A DNA stretch of 64,000 nt from assembly GCA_964433025.1 (NCBI GenBank), contig CAYSPV010000001.1, positions 10,597 through 74,596 of the forward strand. The letters run 5' to 3'. Each line of letters opens with the position of its first letter. Position 1 is the stretch's first letter. Positions 1 through 10,429 of this stretch are shown piece by piece. The position numbers and the translations under genes are program-made. Source of the DNA: an uncultured Staphylococcaceae bacterium (lineage in GTDB: Bacteria > Bacillota_I > Bacilli_A > RFN20 > CAG-826). The notes beneath the pieces were generated by a model. It had not been told where the DNA came from, did not search any database, and was given only the letters and a program-made list of their open reading frames with translations.

Positions 1-202
1 CTTTATCATTTAAACGATGTTCATCGATTAATCTATTTAAAGTATCTACGATTTCTTGAGAATTACTACTTAAACAACCAGTACCACCACATACGACGAT
101 ATGTCTTTTATTATCTCTACCATTAATTTTGTCATCTAAACATTTAGAGCAACATTTAATTTTATCGTGTAATTGTTCAATACTTTTAATAATCTCTGCC
201 AT
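1..202 (-). CDS. NuoF/HydB-like flavoprotein subunit (NADH dehydrogenase / bifurcating hydrogenase type), N-terminal fragment; gene runs off the window
   Basis: Manual minus-strand translation from ATG at 200-202 gives MAEIIKSIEQLHDKIKCCSKCLDDKINGRDNKRHIVVCGGTGCLSSNSQEIVDTL. It contains the VCGGTGC thioredoxin-like 2Fe-2S motif. It starts 4 nt after the NuoE-like gene stop. Confidence 0.5.
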   Translation of the reverse strand, partial: MAEIIKSIEQLHDKIKCCSKCLDDKINGRDNKRHIVVCGGTGCLSSNSQEIVDTLNRLIDEHRLNDK

Positions 203-205
203 AAA

Positions 206-697
206 CTATGCTCCTTTTGTTTCTAAATTGCGATATTCATTAATAATAGCTTGTACTTTAGATGGATCTAGTTTTGGATAAACCTTACCATTAATTGAAA
301 TAGCAGGAGCAATACCACACGCTCCAATGCATCTTAAAGCATCTAAAGTAAATAAACCATCTTTAGTGGTTTCTCCAGCTTTAATATTTAATAAATCAGA
401 AAATTTATCAAAAACTTGTTGTGAACCTTTAACATAACAGGCAGTGCCTAAACAAACACCGATGACATATTTTCCTTTTGGTGTTAAAGAAAAAAATGAA
501 TAAAAGGTAACAACACCATATATTTCACTTACAGGAATATCTAATAATTGTGATATTAATTCTTGTACTTCAAGTGGTATATAACCAAATTCAGTTTGAA
601 CAGCCTCTAAGACCATCATAAGAGGCGTGTTTTCATCTTTATATCGATCTACTATATCGTTAATTAATTTAACAGCTTGTGGTTGTAGTTTAGCCAT
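206..697 (-). CDS. NuoE/HydC-like thioredoxin-fold [2Fe-2S] ferredoxin subunit
   Basis: 163 aa with four-Cys pattern GVCLGTAC...RCIGACG typical of the NuoE/HndA/HydC family. SD GGAGG lies upstream of the ATG. Confidence 0.7.
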   Translation of the reverse strand: MAKLQPQAVKLINDIVDRYKDENTPLMMVLEAVQTEFGYIPLEVQELISQLLDIPVSEIYGVVTFYSFFSLTPKGKYVIGVCLGTACYVKGSQQVFDKFSDLLNIKAGETTKDGLFTLDALRCIGACGIAPAISINGKVYPKLDPSKVQAIINEYRNLETKGA

Positions 698-934
698 TTA
701 AAATCCTCCAAAAACTTCCGATTAATATTATAAAGTAAAAAGACCTATAATAACAAATTAAAAATAAAATATTTTTAAAGGATATATATTATATAAAATT
801 TGTTAAAAATAGTTAATTTTTGCAAGGTTTTTAAAATTATTTTAATTCTTCTTTTCATAATAAATTAATCCTCTAGGTTATATGCAGTAATATATCAGAT
901 CTATATCAATATAAATGAATGTGTCCTTTTTAAT

Positions 935-964
935 AAAAAAAGAGCCATTTTCTAGCTCTTTTGT
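935..964. terminator. Rho-independent terminator after rplQ (hairpin flanked by A-run and T-run, so potentially bidirectional)
   Basis: AAGAGC-9 nt loop-GCTCTT stem. On the minus strand it is followed by TTTTTTTATTA, about 25 nt after the rplQ stop. Confidence 0.7.
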
Positions 965-988
965 TTAATAAATTAATGTAGTTACTTA

Positions 989-1396
989 TTATTTAGAAAA
1001 AGCAATTAATACGCATGGCGCATTATCGCCTCTTCTTGGTTGTACTTTATAAGATACAACACTTCCACCATTAACGTCTTTAAAACGAGGACCAATATCA
1101 TTAAATAATTTATCTAAAACACTGACTTTTCTTTCAGCATCACAATAGATATTACGTAATGTTTGCATCGCTAATCTTTTTGCGTGAACTTGGTCTTCTT
1201 TTTTAGTTAAGGTAACCATTTTCTCAATAAGAGAAATTAAATCTTTAGCAACTCCACTTGTAACAGTAATATGTTCATGGACGATTAATTCACAAACATT
1301 GTTTCTTAACATGTTTTTATATTTACTAGATGTATATGCCGCTTTAAAGCGTACACCTGTTTTACCATGGACATTTTTTCTTCCTTGAGCAGGCAT
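989..1396 (-). CDS. rplQ: 50S ribosomal protein L17
   Basis: Follows rpoA as in the alpha operon. Length and the LRNNVCELIVHEHITVT...KRLA pattern resemble L17. Confidence 0.85.
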   Translation of the reverse strand: MPAQGRKNVHGKTGVRFKAAYTSSKYKNMLRNNVCELIVHEHITVTSGVAKDLISLIEKMVTLTKKEDQVHAKRLAMQTLRNIYCDAERKVSVLDKLFNDIGPRFKDVNGGSVVSYKVQPRRGDNAPCVLIAFSK

Positions 1397-1417
1397 GATT
1401 TTATTCCTCCTTTTTTA

Positions 1418-2386
1418 TTATTCAAAACTTTTAAAGCTCAAACCTAATTGAGCAAGTTTTTCTTTGATTTCTTTTAATGATTTTTTACCAAGATTTTTAA
1501 ATTTCATCATTTCTTCTTCGCTCCTATTGGTTAATTCTAAAACTGTGGTAATACCACCTCTTTTAAGACAGTTATAAGAACGAACAGAAAGATCTAATTC
1601 TTCAATCTCAATATTTTCATATTTATTTTCTTCTTGAACGACAATTTCTTTTTCAATATTAATGTCTCTAGTAGTTTCTTCTAGATCTAAATATTTAGTG
1701 AAATGATCAACAAGAATCTTAGCCGCTAGTGATAGGGCAGCTTGTGGAGTACATGAACCATTAGTTTGAACTTCAATAATTAAACGATCAAATCTAGAAT
1801 CATGACCAACACGAGCGTTTTCCACTACATAACTAGCCTTAACCACAGGTGAATAATCACTATCAGTAGCGATAACACCAACAGGCATATTTTTATGAAT
1901 GATTTTATTCATTTCATCAGTTACATAGCCTCTACCTCTTCTTACATGTAAAACCATGTGAAGAGAACCACCATCTAAAACATGGGCTAAAACAACATCA
2001 CTATTAACAACACTTACACCAGTAGGACAAACAATATCTTCACCTGTTACTACTTTTGGTCCAGTAACATCAATAGTTAATCTTTTTGATTCTAAAATAG
2101 AATCATCAATTTTAAAGATGATATCTTTTAAATTTAAAATAATAGTTGCAGCGTCTTCTTCTACACCACTTAAAGCACTAAATTCGTGTCTAGCACCTTC
2201 AATTTCACAAGCAAAGACACTTGCACCAGGTAATGAAGAAAGCAATACTCTTCTTAAAGCATTACCAATTGTAGTTCCAAAACCTCTAGCTAAAGGTTCA
2301 ATGACAAATCTTCCATAATTTTCATTGCCATCATAATCGGCATGAGTAATTTCAAACTTTTCAAAGGCGTCAGGTAATTTAACCAT
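1418..2386 (-). CDS. rpoA: DNA-directed RNA polymerase subunit alpha
   Basis: N-terminal GRFVIEPLARGFGTTIGNALRRVLLSSLPG and C-terminal LDLSVRSYNCLKRGGI motifs. Confidence 0.97.
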   Translation of the reverse strand: MVKLPDAFEKFEITHADYDGNENYGRFVIEPLARGFGTTIGNALRRVLLSSLPGASVFACEIEGARHEFSALSGVEEDAATIILNLKDIIFKIDDSILESKRLTIDVTGPKVVTGEDIVCPTGVSVVNSDVVLAHVLDGGSLHMVLHVRRGRGYVTDEMNKIIHKNMPVGVIATDSDYSPVVKASYVVENARVGHDSRFDRLIIEVQTNGSCTPQAALSLAAKILVDHFTKYLDLEETTRDINIEKEIVVQEENKYENIEIEELDLSVRSYNCLKRGGITTVLELTNRSEEEMMKFKNLGKKSLKEIKEKLAQLGLSFKSFE

Positions 2387-2407
2387 AATATTTTGCTTCC
2401 TCCTATA

Positions 2408-2806
2408 TTAACGACGTGGTCTTTTTGGTGGACGACATCCATTGTGTGGGATTGGGGTAGAATCAGTAATAGATTCAACTTTTAATCCTGCAACTTCTAA
2501 AGAACGAATAGCACCATCTCTACCAGGGCCAGGTCCTTTAACATCCACAGCGACAGTTCTTAAACCTTGATCATAAGCAACTTTAGCCGCAGCTTCTGCA
2601 GCTTGTTGAGCGGCAAATGGAGTGGATTTTTTACTTCCTTTATATCCTTTTGCCCCTGCACTTGACCAAGAAATTACATTTCCACTTTCATCAGAAATGG
2701 TTACGATTGTGTTATTGAAAGTGGAATGAATGTGGGCAACACCACGTGTAAATGAACGCTTAATTTTCTTTTTTCTAGTTTTAGAAGTTTTCTTATTAGC
2801 AGCCAT
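2408..2806 (-). CDS. rpsK: 30S ribosomal protein S11
   Basis: [30 protein letters not shown] motif plus operon position. Confidence 0.97.
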   Translation of the reverse strand: MAANKKTSKTRKKKIKRSFTRGVAHIHSTFNNTIVTISDESGNVISWSSAGAKGYKGSKKSTPFAAQQAAEAAAKVAYDQGLRTVAVDVKGPGPGRDGAIRSLEVAGLKVESITDSTPIPHNGCRPPKRPRR

Positions 2807-2825
2807 TTTATTTTCCTCCTTTCAA

Positions 2826-3200
2826 TTATTGCGTAGCCTTTTTCTTATTGGCTATTGTTTTTGCAGGTCCTTTTCTAGTACGAGCATTAGTTTTAGTTCT
2901 TTGTCCTCTTACAGGTAAACCTTTACGATGACGAATACCTCTATAACAGCCAATTTCTTGTAATGTTTTGATATTTAGAGCCACTTCTCTTCTAAGTTCA
3001 CCTTCAACTTTATATTTAGCTAATTCATTTCGAATAGCGTTAAATTGATCGTCACTTAGATTTTTAACGATAATTGACTCATCAACTTTAGCGTCTTTTA
3101 AAATCTTTTTCGCGGTAGTTCTTCCAATACCATAAATATATGTTAAAGCAATAACAATATGTTTATCATTTGGAATATCTACACCAACAATACGTGCCAT
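2826..3200 (-). CDS. rpsM: 30S ribosomal protein S13
   Basis: [26 protein letters not shown] motif. Confidence 0.97.
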   Translation of the reverse strand: MARIVGVDIPNDKHIVIALTYIYGIGRTTAKKILKDAKVDESIIVKNLSDDQFNAIRNELAKYKVEGELRREVALNIKTLQEIGCYRGIRHRKGLPVRGQRTKTNARTRKGPAKTIANKKKATQ

Positions 3201-3218
3201 AAATATGTTTCCTCCTAA

Positions 3219-3332
3219 TTAACCTTGTCTTTGTTTGTGTTTAGGATTAGAACAAATAACCATGACTTTTCCATGTCTTCTAATCACACGACATTTAGGA
3301 CAAATAGGTTTGACTGAGGGTCTTACTTTCAT
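3219..3332 (-). CDS. rpmJ: 50S ribosomal protein L36 (zinc-ribbon type); too short for the ORF track
   Basis: Manual translation gives [37 protein letters not shown]. It lies between infA and rpsM as expected. Confidence 0.95.
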   Translation of the reverse strand: MKVRPSVKPICPKCRVIRRHGKVMVICSNPKHKQRQG

Positions 3333-3353
3333 AAATAATTCCTCGACTTTCTT

Positions 3354-3575
3354 TTATTTAAATCTAAATGTTATACGGCCCCGTGTTAAATCATAAGGCG
3401 ATATTTCAACGGTAACTTTATCACCTGGTAGGATGCGAATGTAATTCATTCGGATTTTACCAGAAACGGTAGCCAATATTACCATTTTATTGTCCACTAA
3501 TTCGACCTTAAACATCGCATTAGGGAGCGTTTCTTTAACTATCGCCGTTACTTCGATGACATCTGCTTTAGACAT
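3354..3575 (-). CDS. infA: Translation initiation factor IF-1
   Basis: MSKADVIEV...[10 protein letters not shown]...[16 protein letters not shown] motifs. Confidence 0.97.
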   Translation of the reverse strand: MSKADVIEVTAIVKETLPNAMFKVELVDNKMVILATVSGKIRMNYIRILPGDKVTVEISPYDLTRGRITFRFK

Positions 3576-4344
3576 TATTAATCTTCTCTCCTTTATAAGT
3601 TGTTAATACTTTAATTCCATCTCTTGTTAAAGCTATGGTGTTTTCATAATGAGCGCTTAACTTACCATCACGCATTTTAACAGTCCATTCATCAGGCATA
3701 ACTCTTATAAACGGTTTACCTAATGCCACCATTGGCTCAATGGCAAGACACATCCCCTCTTCTAAGATAGGTCCTTGTCCTGGTTTGCCATAGTTAGGAA
3801 TTGAAGGATCTTCATGTAAATGAGTACCAATACCATGTCCAGTATATTCTCTTATAAGTGAATAACCATGTTTTTCATTATATTCTTGAATGGCATGACT
3901 TATATCACTTAAGTGGTTTCCAACTTTTGCAAAGTTATTAACCGCATACCAGAATGATTGTTCAGTAATTAACATTAATCTTTGTGCTTGATCTGATACT
4001 TTACCACATGGATATGTCCTACAAGCATCTGCACAATATCCTTTATATGTGGCACCGACATCAAGTGAGACAATATCACCTTCTTTTAAGATGATATGCT
4101 CACTAGGAATGCCATGTATTAAAGTGTCATTAACAGAAATACATATCGCTCCTGGAAAGCCTCCATATCCTTTAAAGGTAGGATAAGCTCCATAAGAAGT
4201 AATAATTTCTTCTGCTCGTGAAGCTAAATAGGCAGTGCTAATACCTGGTCTTATTTCATCTTTTAAGGTCTTAAAGACAGATGCCACGATTTGACCAGCT
4301 TCTTCCATTAATTTAATTTCACGTTCACTTTTTAATTCAATCAT
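3568..4344 (-). CDS. map: Type I methionine aminopeptidase
   Basis: MetAP pita-bread motifs ([22 protein letters not shown]) plus operon position. Confidence 0.95.
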   Translation of the reverse strand: MIELKSEREIKLMEEAGQIVASVFKTLKDEIRPGISTAYLASRAEEIITSYGAYPTFKGYGGFPGAICISVNDTLIHGIPSEHIILKEGDIVSLDVGATYKGYCADACRTYPCGKVSDQAQRLMLITEQSFWYAVNNFAKVGNHLSDISHAIQEYNEKHGYSLIREYTGHGIGTHLHEDPSIPNYGKPGQGPILEEGMCLAIEPMVALGKPFIRVMPDEWTVKMRDGKLSAHYENTIALTRDGIKVLTTYKGEKINNV

Positions 4345-4345
4345 T

Positions 4346-4999
4346 TCACTTTGATAAGATTAATTTTGATAATTCATCGAATAAAATATCACTACCTAAA
4401 CCACCATCATAATTTTTTAATAATCCTAGATTATTATAATAATCTAATAAGGGTTTAGTTTGTGCATTGTAGTGTCCTAAACGAACTTTTAAAGCATCAA
4501 TGTTATCATCTTTTCTTTGATATAATGGACCACCACATATATCACATACACCTTCAACTTTTGGCTTCATAGTGTCAACATGATATGGAGCGCCACAATC
4601 TTTACAAACACGACGACCAGAAATACGTCTAATAAGTTCGTTTTCATCACAATCGATGTTAATAACAACATCGATAGGACGAGAAATTTCTTCTGTGATT
4701 TTACTTAAAGCTAAGGCCTGAGGAATAGTTCTTGGAAAACCATCAAGTAAGAATCCATTATCACAATCACTTTGTGATAATCTTTCTTTGACAATCTCAA
4801 TAGTGACATCATCAGGAACTAAATCGCCTCTATTGATATAAGAGGCCGCCATAACACCTAATTTGGTGTTTGCTTTAATTGCATCTCTAAACATATCGCC
4901 AGTAGAAATATGTACTAGATTATAGTTAGAGACTAACATTTTTGCTTGTGTTCCTTTACCCGCTCCTGGAGGACCCATTAATATAATGTTTTTAAGCAT
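4346..4999 (-). CDS. adk: Adenylate kinase with zinc-binding lid
   Basis: IILMGPPGAGKGTQ P-loop and CKDCGAPYH...CDICGG lid. Start moved to the ATG at 4999 because GGAGG lies 11 nt upstream, whereas the track start at 5011 is a GTG abutting that SD. The stop codon is TGA. Confidence 0.93.
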   Translation of the reverse strand: MLKNIILMGPPGAGKGTQAKMLVSNYNLVHISTGDMFRDAIKANTKLGVMAASYINRGDLVPDDVTIEIVKERLSQSDCDNGFLLDGFPRTIPQALALSKITEEISRPIDVVINIDCDENELIRRISGRRVCKDCGAPYHVDTMKPKVEGVCDICGGPLYQRKDDNIDALKVRLGHYNAQTKPLLDYYNNLGLLKNYDGGLGSDILFDELSKLILSK

Positions 5000-6374
5000 T
5001 GGATAAAGCACCTCCAGCTACAACCTCATCAAATGATTTACCCGCAAGTAGACCATCGATTTGATTATTAACTTCTAAAGCAACACCGACGACAATGATT
5101 AACCCTGTACCACCTAAAGCTAGGCTAGTATCATCACCAAATATTCCCGATAGGGTAAGCACTACAGGAAGAATAGCGATCAAGGTTAAAGCTAATGCGC
5201 CGATAACGGTAACTCTATTTAAAACTTTACGGACATATTTTTCGGTTTCATTACCAGGTCTTATACCAGGTATATAGGAACCATTCTTTCTAAAGTTTTC
5301 CGCAAGTTGTTGAGGATTAATCGATATATTAGCATAGAAGAATGTAAAGAACAGAATCAATACAATATAAATAAGTAATCCCCACGGCATAGACCATCCA
5401 CCAGGCATTTCATACATCGTTGAATAGCTAAATATTTGTAGCCAAGTTGCACTTGTAGCAGAGCTATCAATAAAAGCTACAATGACTGATGGAGCCATTA
5501 AAATAGAGCTTGCAAAGATGACAGGAATAACACCAGCAGGATTTAGCTTAATTGGTAAAAATGAAGCTTTTGACATGCTTTGTGTTTGCCCGCCACTTTT
5601 TCCAGCATGTTGAACTGGAATTTTTCTTTTCGCAAGTTCAATAAATACAACAAAGGCAATGATGACTATATATACAAAGATATATAGTAAGAAGATAAAT
5701 ATACCACTTAATTCACTACCTGTGCCCCAAACACCAGTTACCCATTTGTTGAAGGCGTTGTAAATTTGACTTGGTAAAGAAGAAACAATACCTGCAAAGA
5801 TGATAACAGAAATACCATTACCAATACCTTTAACAGATATTTGGTCGCCTAACCACATAACAAGCATTGAGCCTGCCATCATGACGACGACAATATAGAT
5901 ATAGCCGATCCATTCTAGATCGCCTAAATTATCTAACAATGTAAATGATACATAATCACTAACATCACCACTTTGCATGGTTCTGATAATGCCATATGCT
6001 TGAACTGCACCTAATAATAAAGTTAAATAACGAGTGGCCATGTCGATCTTTTTACGACCATATTGACCTTGTCTTTTTAACTCACTAAGAGCAGGTAAAA
6101 CATCAGTAGATAAAAGTTGAATAATAATCTGAGCGGTAATGTAAGGAGAAACACCTAATGCAAATATAGAAAATGTTTGCAAAGTTCCGCCACCGATTAA
6201 ATTCATTAAGGATAAAGCGTTATTTTCAGTTAAATATTCACTTAAGTCATCAACTAAAGTAACGCCTGGTACAGTAATCTGTGCCCCAATTCTAAAGATG
6301 AATAGAATCATGATTGTAAAGAAAATTCTATTCATAATCTCCTTGTTTTTTAAAATGGAGAGAATTTTCTTCAT
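4992..6374 (-). CDS. secY: Preprotein translocase subunit SecY
   Basis: Polytopic 460 aa protein between rplO and adk with typical SecY motifs (GVSPYITAQIIIQLL). Confidence 0.97.
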   Translation of the reverse strand: MKKILSILKNKEIMNRIFFTIMILFIFRIGAQITVPGVTLVDDLSEYLTENNALSLMNLIGGGTLQTFSIFALGVSPYITAQIIIQLLSTDVLPALSELKRQGQYGRKKIDMATRYLTLLLGAVQAYGIIRTMQSGDVSDYVSFTLLDNLGDLEWIGYIYIVVVMMAGSMLVMWLGDQISVKGIGNGISVIIFAGIVSSLPSQIYNAFNKWVTGVWGTGSELSGIFIFLLYIFVYIVIIAFVVFIELAKRKIPVQHAGKSGGQTQSMSKASFLPIKLNPAGVIPVIFASSILMAPSVIVAFIDSSATSATWLQIFSYSTMYEMPGGWSMPWGLLIYIVLILFFTFFYANISINPQQLAENFRKNGSYIPGIRPGNETEKYVRKVLNRVTVIGALALTLIAILPVVLTLSGIFGDDTSLALGGTGLIIVVGVALEVNNQIDGLLAGKSFDEVVAGGALSNA

Positions 6375-6375
6375 A

Positions 6376-6816
6376 TTAGATTACCTCGAAACTTCCACCC
6401 GCTTTACTAATTGCATCAATAGCAGATTTAGAGAATTTATTAGCTTGAATGGTTAATTTTTTATTTAATTCACCATTACCTAATATTTTAACTCCATCAT
6501 ATTCTTTTTTAACTAAACCACTTTCGACTAGTAAGGCGTTATTAACAACAGTGCCATCTTTAAAAATATTTAAAGATGATAAATTAACAACTGCATATCT
6601 TTTATGATTCACATTTTTAAATCCGCGTTTTGGTAAACGACGATAAATAGGCATTTGACCACCTTCAAAGCCTAATCTAACACCGCCACTGGTACGAGCG
6701 TTTTGACCTTTTTGGCCTCTGCCAGATGTTTTACCATTGCCAGAACCGACACCTCTACCAACACGGAAATGTTGACTTCTAGAACCTGGGTTTGCTTGAA
6801 GTTCATGCAATTTCAT
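6376..6816 (-). CDS. rplO: 50S ribosomal protein L15
   Basis: [13 protein letters not shown]...[19 protein letters not shown] motif. Confidence 0.97.
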   Translation of the reverse strand: MKLHELQANPGSRSQHFRVGRGVGSGNGKTSGRGQKGQNARTSGGVRLGFEGGQMPIYRRLPKRGFKNVNHKRYAVVNLSSLNIFKDGTVVNNALLVESGLVKKEYDGVKILGNGELNKKLTIQANKFSKSAIDAISKAGGSFEVI

Positions 6817-6851
6817 GTTTGCACCTCCTTAAACTAAAATATTAACAAACT

Positions 6852-7469
6852 TTATTCGTTATTACCACGTAAAGCTATAACTTCACTATAAGTGTGTAAG
6901 TTAGATAAGCCTTGATGTGTAGCACGAATAATATTAATTGGAGCACGACTTCCATAGACTTTACTACAGACATTTCTTACTCCTGCTAATTCTAAAATAG
7001 CTCTAACAGGACCACCAGCAATAATACCAGTACCTTCAGGAGCACTCTTTAAAAATACTTTACAGGCACCATATTTTCCAACCACTTCGTGGGTTAGAGT
7101 ACCATTTTTGGTAATATGTATAGTATACATATTCTTTCTAGCCGCTTCGAGGGCTTTTTTAATAGCGTCAGGTACTTCACCTGCTTTACCAGTTCCAAAG
7201 CCATAACGACCTTTTCCATCACCTATAACCACTAAAGCGGAGAATTTCATTCTTCTACCACCTTTAACAGTTTTAGAGACACGTTTAATAGAAACGACAC
7301 GTTCTTCAAATTCTTTTTTATCATGATCAGAAGATCTTCTTCTATCAGCTCTATTTAAACGACGTGAACGTCTTGGTGAGGGTTTATTTTCTTGAGGTTT
7401 TTCTTGTTGTGGGGTTGATTCTTGTGGTTGTTCTACTACGGTTTCCACTACTTTTTCTTCTTCTAACAT
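6852..7469 (-). CDS. rpsE: 30S ribosomal protein S5 with about 50-aa charged N-terminal extension
   Basis: Core motif VVSIKRVSKTVKGGRRMKFSALVVIGDGKG. AGGAGG lies directly upstream of the extended start. Confidence 0.95.
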   Translation of the reverse strand: MLEEEKVVETVVEQPQESTPQQEKPQENKPSPRRSRRLNRADRRRSSDHDKKEFEERVVSIKRVSKTVKGGRRMKFSALVVIGDGKGRYGFGTGKAGEVPDAIKKALEAARKNMYTIHITKNGTLTHEVVGKYGACKVFLKSAPEGTGIIAGGPVRAILELAGVRNVCSKVYGSRAPINIIRATHQGLSNLHTYSEVIALRGNNE

Positions 7470-7478
7470 AGCGACCTC

Positions 7479-7835
7479 CTAAAATTTAAGACCTGCTTCG
7501 CGGGCACCTTCCGCTAAAGCTTTTACACGTCCATGATAAATATAACCAGAACGGTCAAATACAACACTAGTAATATTTTTTTCTAAAGCTTTTTTAGCAA
7601 TATCTAAACCGACTTGTTTAGCAGCTTCAACATTTGAGCCATTAGCTAATTTTAAAGTTTTAGATGATGATGCTACTAAAGTAATACCTTTAGTGTCATC
7701 AATAATTTGAGCATGAATGTTTTTATTAGAACGGTATAAACATAAACGAGGTGTTTCACTAGTGCCAGAAACTTTAGCTCTAACACGTTTATGACGACGA
7801 ACTCTAGCAACATTTTTAGAAATTTGTTTAATCAT
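7479..7835 (-). CDS. rplR: 50S ribosomal protein L18
   Basis: [34 protein letters not shown] motif. Confidence 0.96.
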   Translation of the reverse strand: MIKQISKNVARVRRHKRVRAKVSGTSETPRLCLYRSNKNIHAQIIDDTKGITLVASSSKTLKLANGSNVEAAKQVGLDIAKKALEKNITSVVFDRSGYIYHGRVKALAEGAREAGLKF

Positions 7836-7852
7836 ATCTTATCTAACCTCCT

Positions 7853-8410
7853 TTATTTTTTACCTGATGTAGCGCGTTTGCCTTCTTTTAAGATAATTCT
7901 TTCACCTTTATATCTAATACCTTTTCCAAGATATGGTTCAGGTGGACGAACTTCTCTAATACGCGCAGCAGTTTGTCCCACTGCTTGTTTATTAATACCA
8001 GAAACAGTAATTTCTGGTTTATTGTTTACTGTTCCAACAGTAATTGTTACACCTTCATTAGGTTTAATAGTTACTGTATGAGAATAACCAGCACTTAATA
8101 CTACATCATTACCATTCATTACGGCTTTATATCCAATACCTTCCATTTGAAGGATTTTGCTATAGCCTTGACTTACACCAATAATGGTATTAGCAAGATT
8201 AGCGCGTGATGTACCATGGTTTTGTTTTACTTGTTTGGTGTCATTAGCTCTAATAACAGTGATTTTATTATCTTCAATATTAATTGAAATACCATTATTT
8301 AATCTACAAACAGCTTCACCTTTAGGACCTTTACAAGTAACAAGGCTACCATCAACACTTATAGTAACACCTTCAGGAATTTCAATAATTTTATTACCTA
8401 TACGTGACAT
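7853..8410 (-). CDS. rplF: 50S ribosomal protein L6
   Basis: MSRIGNKIIEIPEGV start with AGGAGG upstream. The track ORF (to 8455) over-extends into rpsH. Confidence 0.95.
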   Translation of the reverse strand: MSRIGNKIIEIPEGVTISVDGSLVTCKGPKGEAVCRLNNGISINIEDNKITVIRANDTKQVKQNHGTSRANLANTIIGVSQGYSKILQMEGIGYKAVMNGNDVVLSAGYSHTVTIKPNEGVTITVGTVNNKPEITVSGINKQAVGQTAARIREVRPPEPYLGKGIRYKGERIILKEGKRATSGKK

Positions 8411-8420
8411 AATAACCTCC

Positions 8421-8813
8421 TTACCAGACATAGGCGATAACTTCGCCACCGACACCTAAGCTTTTAGCTTGTACACCAGTCATAACACCTTTGCTAGTAG
8501 AAATAATAGCGATTCCTAAACCTTTTAAAACAGTAGGAATTTGATTACAACCAACGTTAACACGTAAGCCTGGTTTTGAAATCTTTTTAAGACCTGATAT
8601 TACTCTTGTACCATCAGATGCATATTTAAGATTTATAGTTAATGTTTTTTTAGTTTCACCTTTAATGGAATAATCAGTAATGAAACCTTCATCTTTTAAG
8701 ATTTTAGCAATTTGACTTTTCATCTTAGAAGAAGGCATACTAACTACTTCATGGTGTAGTTGATTAGCGTTACGAATACGAGTAAGCATATCCGCGATTG
8801 GATCAGTCATCAT
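8421..8813 (-). CDS. rpsH: 30S ribosomal protein S8
   Basis: [15 protein letters not shown] motif. Confidence 0.97.
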   Translation of the reverse strand: MMTDPIADMLTRIRNANQLHHEVVSMPSSKMKSQIAKILKDEGFITDYSIKGETKKTLTINLKYASDGTRVISGLKKISKPGLRVNVGCNQIPTVLKGLGIAIISTSKGVMTGVQAKSLGVGGEVIAYVW

Positions 8814-8831
8814 TATTAGTTTTCCTCCTTT

Positions 8832-9017
8832 TTACCAAGATGATTTTTTCATGCCAGGAATTTCACCTTTATACGCTAATTCTCTTAAGCATATACGGCA
8901 TAAATGGAATTTAGAATAGACAGAGTGAGGACGTCCGCAACGTTCACAACGAGTATATTCTCTGACTTTAAATTTTTGTTTTCTAGCACAGCTAATTTTT
9001 TTCGATGTTTTTGCCAT
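8832..9017 (-). CDS. rpsZ: 30S ribosomal protein S14 type Z (zinc-binding, 61 aa)
   Basis: [52 protein letters not shown] lies upstream of the internal ATG at 9017. Confidence 0.95.
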   Translation of the reverse strand: MAKTSKKISCARKQKFKVREYTRCERCGRPHSVYSKFHLCRICLRELAYKGEIPGMKKSSW

Positions 9018-9036
9018 AATCTTGTGTCCTCCTTTT

Positions 9037-9714
9037 CTATCTTTCAAATGGCATGCCTAGTAGTGTTAGAAGTGCTAAGCCTTCAACATCAGTTTTTGCA
9101 CTTGTAACAATTACAATGTCCATACCACGAATCTTATTAACTTTATCATAGTCAATTTCTGGGAAAATTAATTGCTCTTTTACACCTAAGGTGTAATTAC
9201 CTCTTCCATCAAAGGCATTTTTAGAAATACCTCTAAAGTCACGAACTCTTGGAAGAGCAATAGAGATTAATTTATCAAAGAATTCATACATTCTTTGTCC
9301 TCTTAAGGTAACTTTAGTACCGATTTGTTGACCTTCTCTTAATTTATAATTAGCAATAGATTTTTTAGCTTTTGTAATGACAGGTTTTTGACCTGCGATT
9401 AGAGTTAATTCTGCTACAGCTTCTTCTAATCTTTTAGCGTCACTTAAAGCATCACCTACACCCATATTAATTACAATCTTTTTAAGTTCAGGAACTTGCA
9501 TAATAGAAGTGTAATTAAATTTTTCCATTAAAGCTTTTTTAACTTCATTTTCATATTTGGCTTTAACACGGTTAGTAGGAACCACTACTTTGCTAACTTT
9601 TTTAGCTGGAGCAGCTTCGTTTTTTGTAGTAGTAGATTTAGAGGTAGTTACTTTTTTAGTAGTAGTTGTGGTAGTAGTTTTTTTAGTTGTAGTCTTTTTA
9701 ACTTCTTCTGCCAT
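9037..9714 (-). CDS. rplE: 50S ribosomal protein L5 with about 45-aa Thr/Lys-rich N-terminal extension
   Basis: Core [28 protein letters not shown] immediately upstream of the ATG at 9714 supports the extension. Confidence 0.95.
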   Translation of the reverse strand: MAEEVKKTTTKKTTTTTTTKKVTTSKSTTTKNEAAPAKKVSKVVVPTNRVKAKYENEVKKALMEKFNYTSIMQVPELKKIVINMGVGDALSDAKRLEEAVAELTLIAGQKPVITKAKKSIANYKLREGQQIGTKVTLRGQRMYEFFDKLISIALPRVRDFRGISKNAFDGRGNYTLGVKEQLIFPEIDYDKVNKIRGMDIVIVTSAKTDVEGLALLTLLGMPFER

Positions 9715-9724
9715 ATTAACCTCC

Positions 9725-10036
9725 TTAATCTAACTCAGAGTTAGATTTTTTACTAACTCTTACTTTTTTATTGTTTTTTGTTAATTTATGACCTACACGA
9801 GTAGGAGTTTTAGTTTTTGGATCAATTATCATGACATTTGAGACATGAATAGGCGCGAATATTTCCACAATTGATCCTTCTGGATTACGTTGAGTAGGTT
9901 TACGATGTTTTTTTCTGATATTAACATTTTCCACTACAACGCGATCTAATTTAGGATAGACGACTTGGACTGTACCTTCTTTGCCCTTGTCTCGGCCAGC
10001 GATGACAATAACTTTATCGCCTTTTTTGATATTCAT
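9725..10036 (-). CDS. rplX: 50S ribosomal protein L24
   Basis: [21 protein letters not shown]. Start trimmed to the ATG at 10036, which has AGGAGG upstream. Confidence 0.95.
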   Translation of the reverse strand: MNIKKGDKVIVIAGRDKGKEGTVQVVYPKLDRVVVENVNIRKKHRKPTQRNPEGSIVEIFAPIHVSNVMIIDPKTKTPTRVGHKLTKNNKKVRVSKKSNSELD

Positions 10037-10049
10037 ATCGCTTTCCTCC

Positions 10050-10427
10050 TTATAATACTTCAAGGGCGAGAGAAACAATTTTCATAAATCCTTCTTCGCC
10101 TTTTTCTCTTAATTCACGGGCTACTGGTCCAAACACACGAGTACCCACTGGTGTTTTATCTTCATTGATGACCACGACTGCATTATCATCAAATCTAATT
10201 GTTGAACCATCATTTCTTTGAATAGGATATTTAGTTCTAACAATAACACATTTAACGACATCACCTTTTTTAACTTTTGCGTTAGGAATGGCATCTTTAA
10301 CCGCACATAAGATGATATCACCTACTGTAGAACTTTTACGATGAGAGCCACCATATAAGCGGAAGGCACGAACTTTACGAGCACCGCTATTATCAGCGAC
10401 TACGAGATTAGTTTCAGTTTGAATCAT
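10050..10427 (-). CDS. rplN: 50S ribosomal protein L14
   Basis: [19 protein letters not shown] motif. Confidence 0.97.
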   Translation of the reverse strand: MIQTETNLVVADNSGARKVRAFRLYGGSHRKSSTVGDIILCAVKDAIPNAKVKKGDVVKCVIVRTKYPIQRNDGSTIRFDDNAVVVINEDKTPVGTRVFGPVARELREKGEEGFMKIVSLALEVL

Positions 10428-10429
10428 AA

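Noticed and set aside
915-968. 17-codon plus-strand ORF (MNVSFLIKKEPFSSSFV) overlapping the rplQ terminator
   Set aside because: It has no SD, and its sequence is explained by the terminator hairpin and flanking A/T runs.
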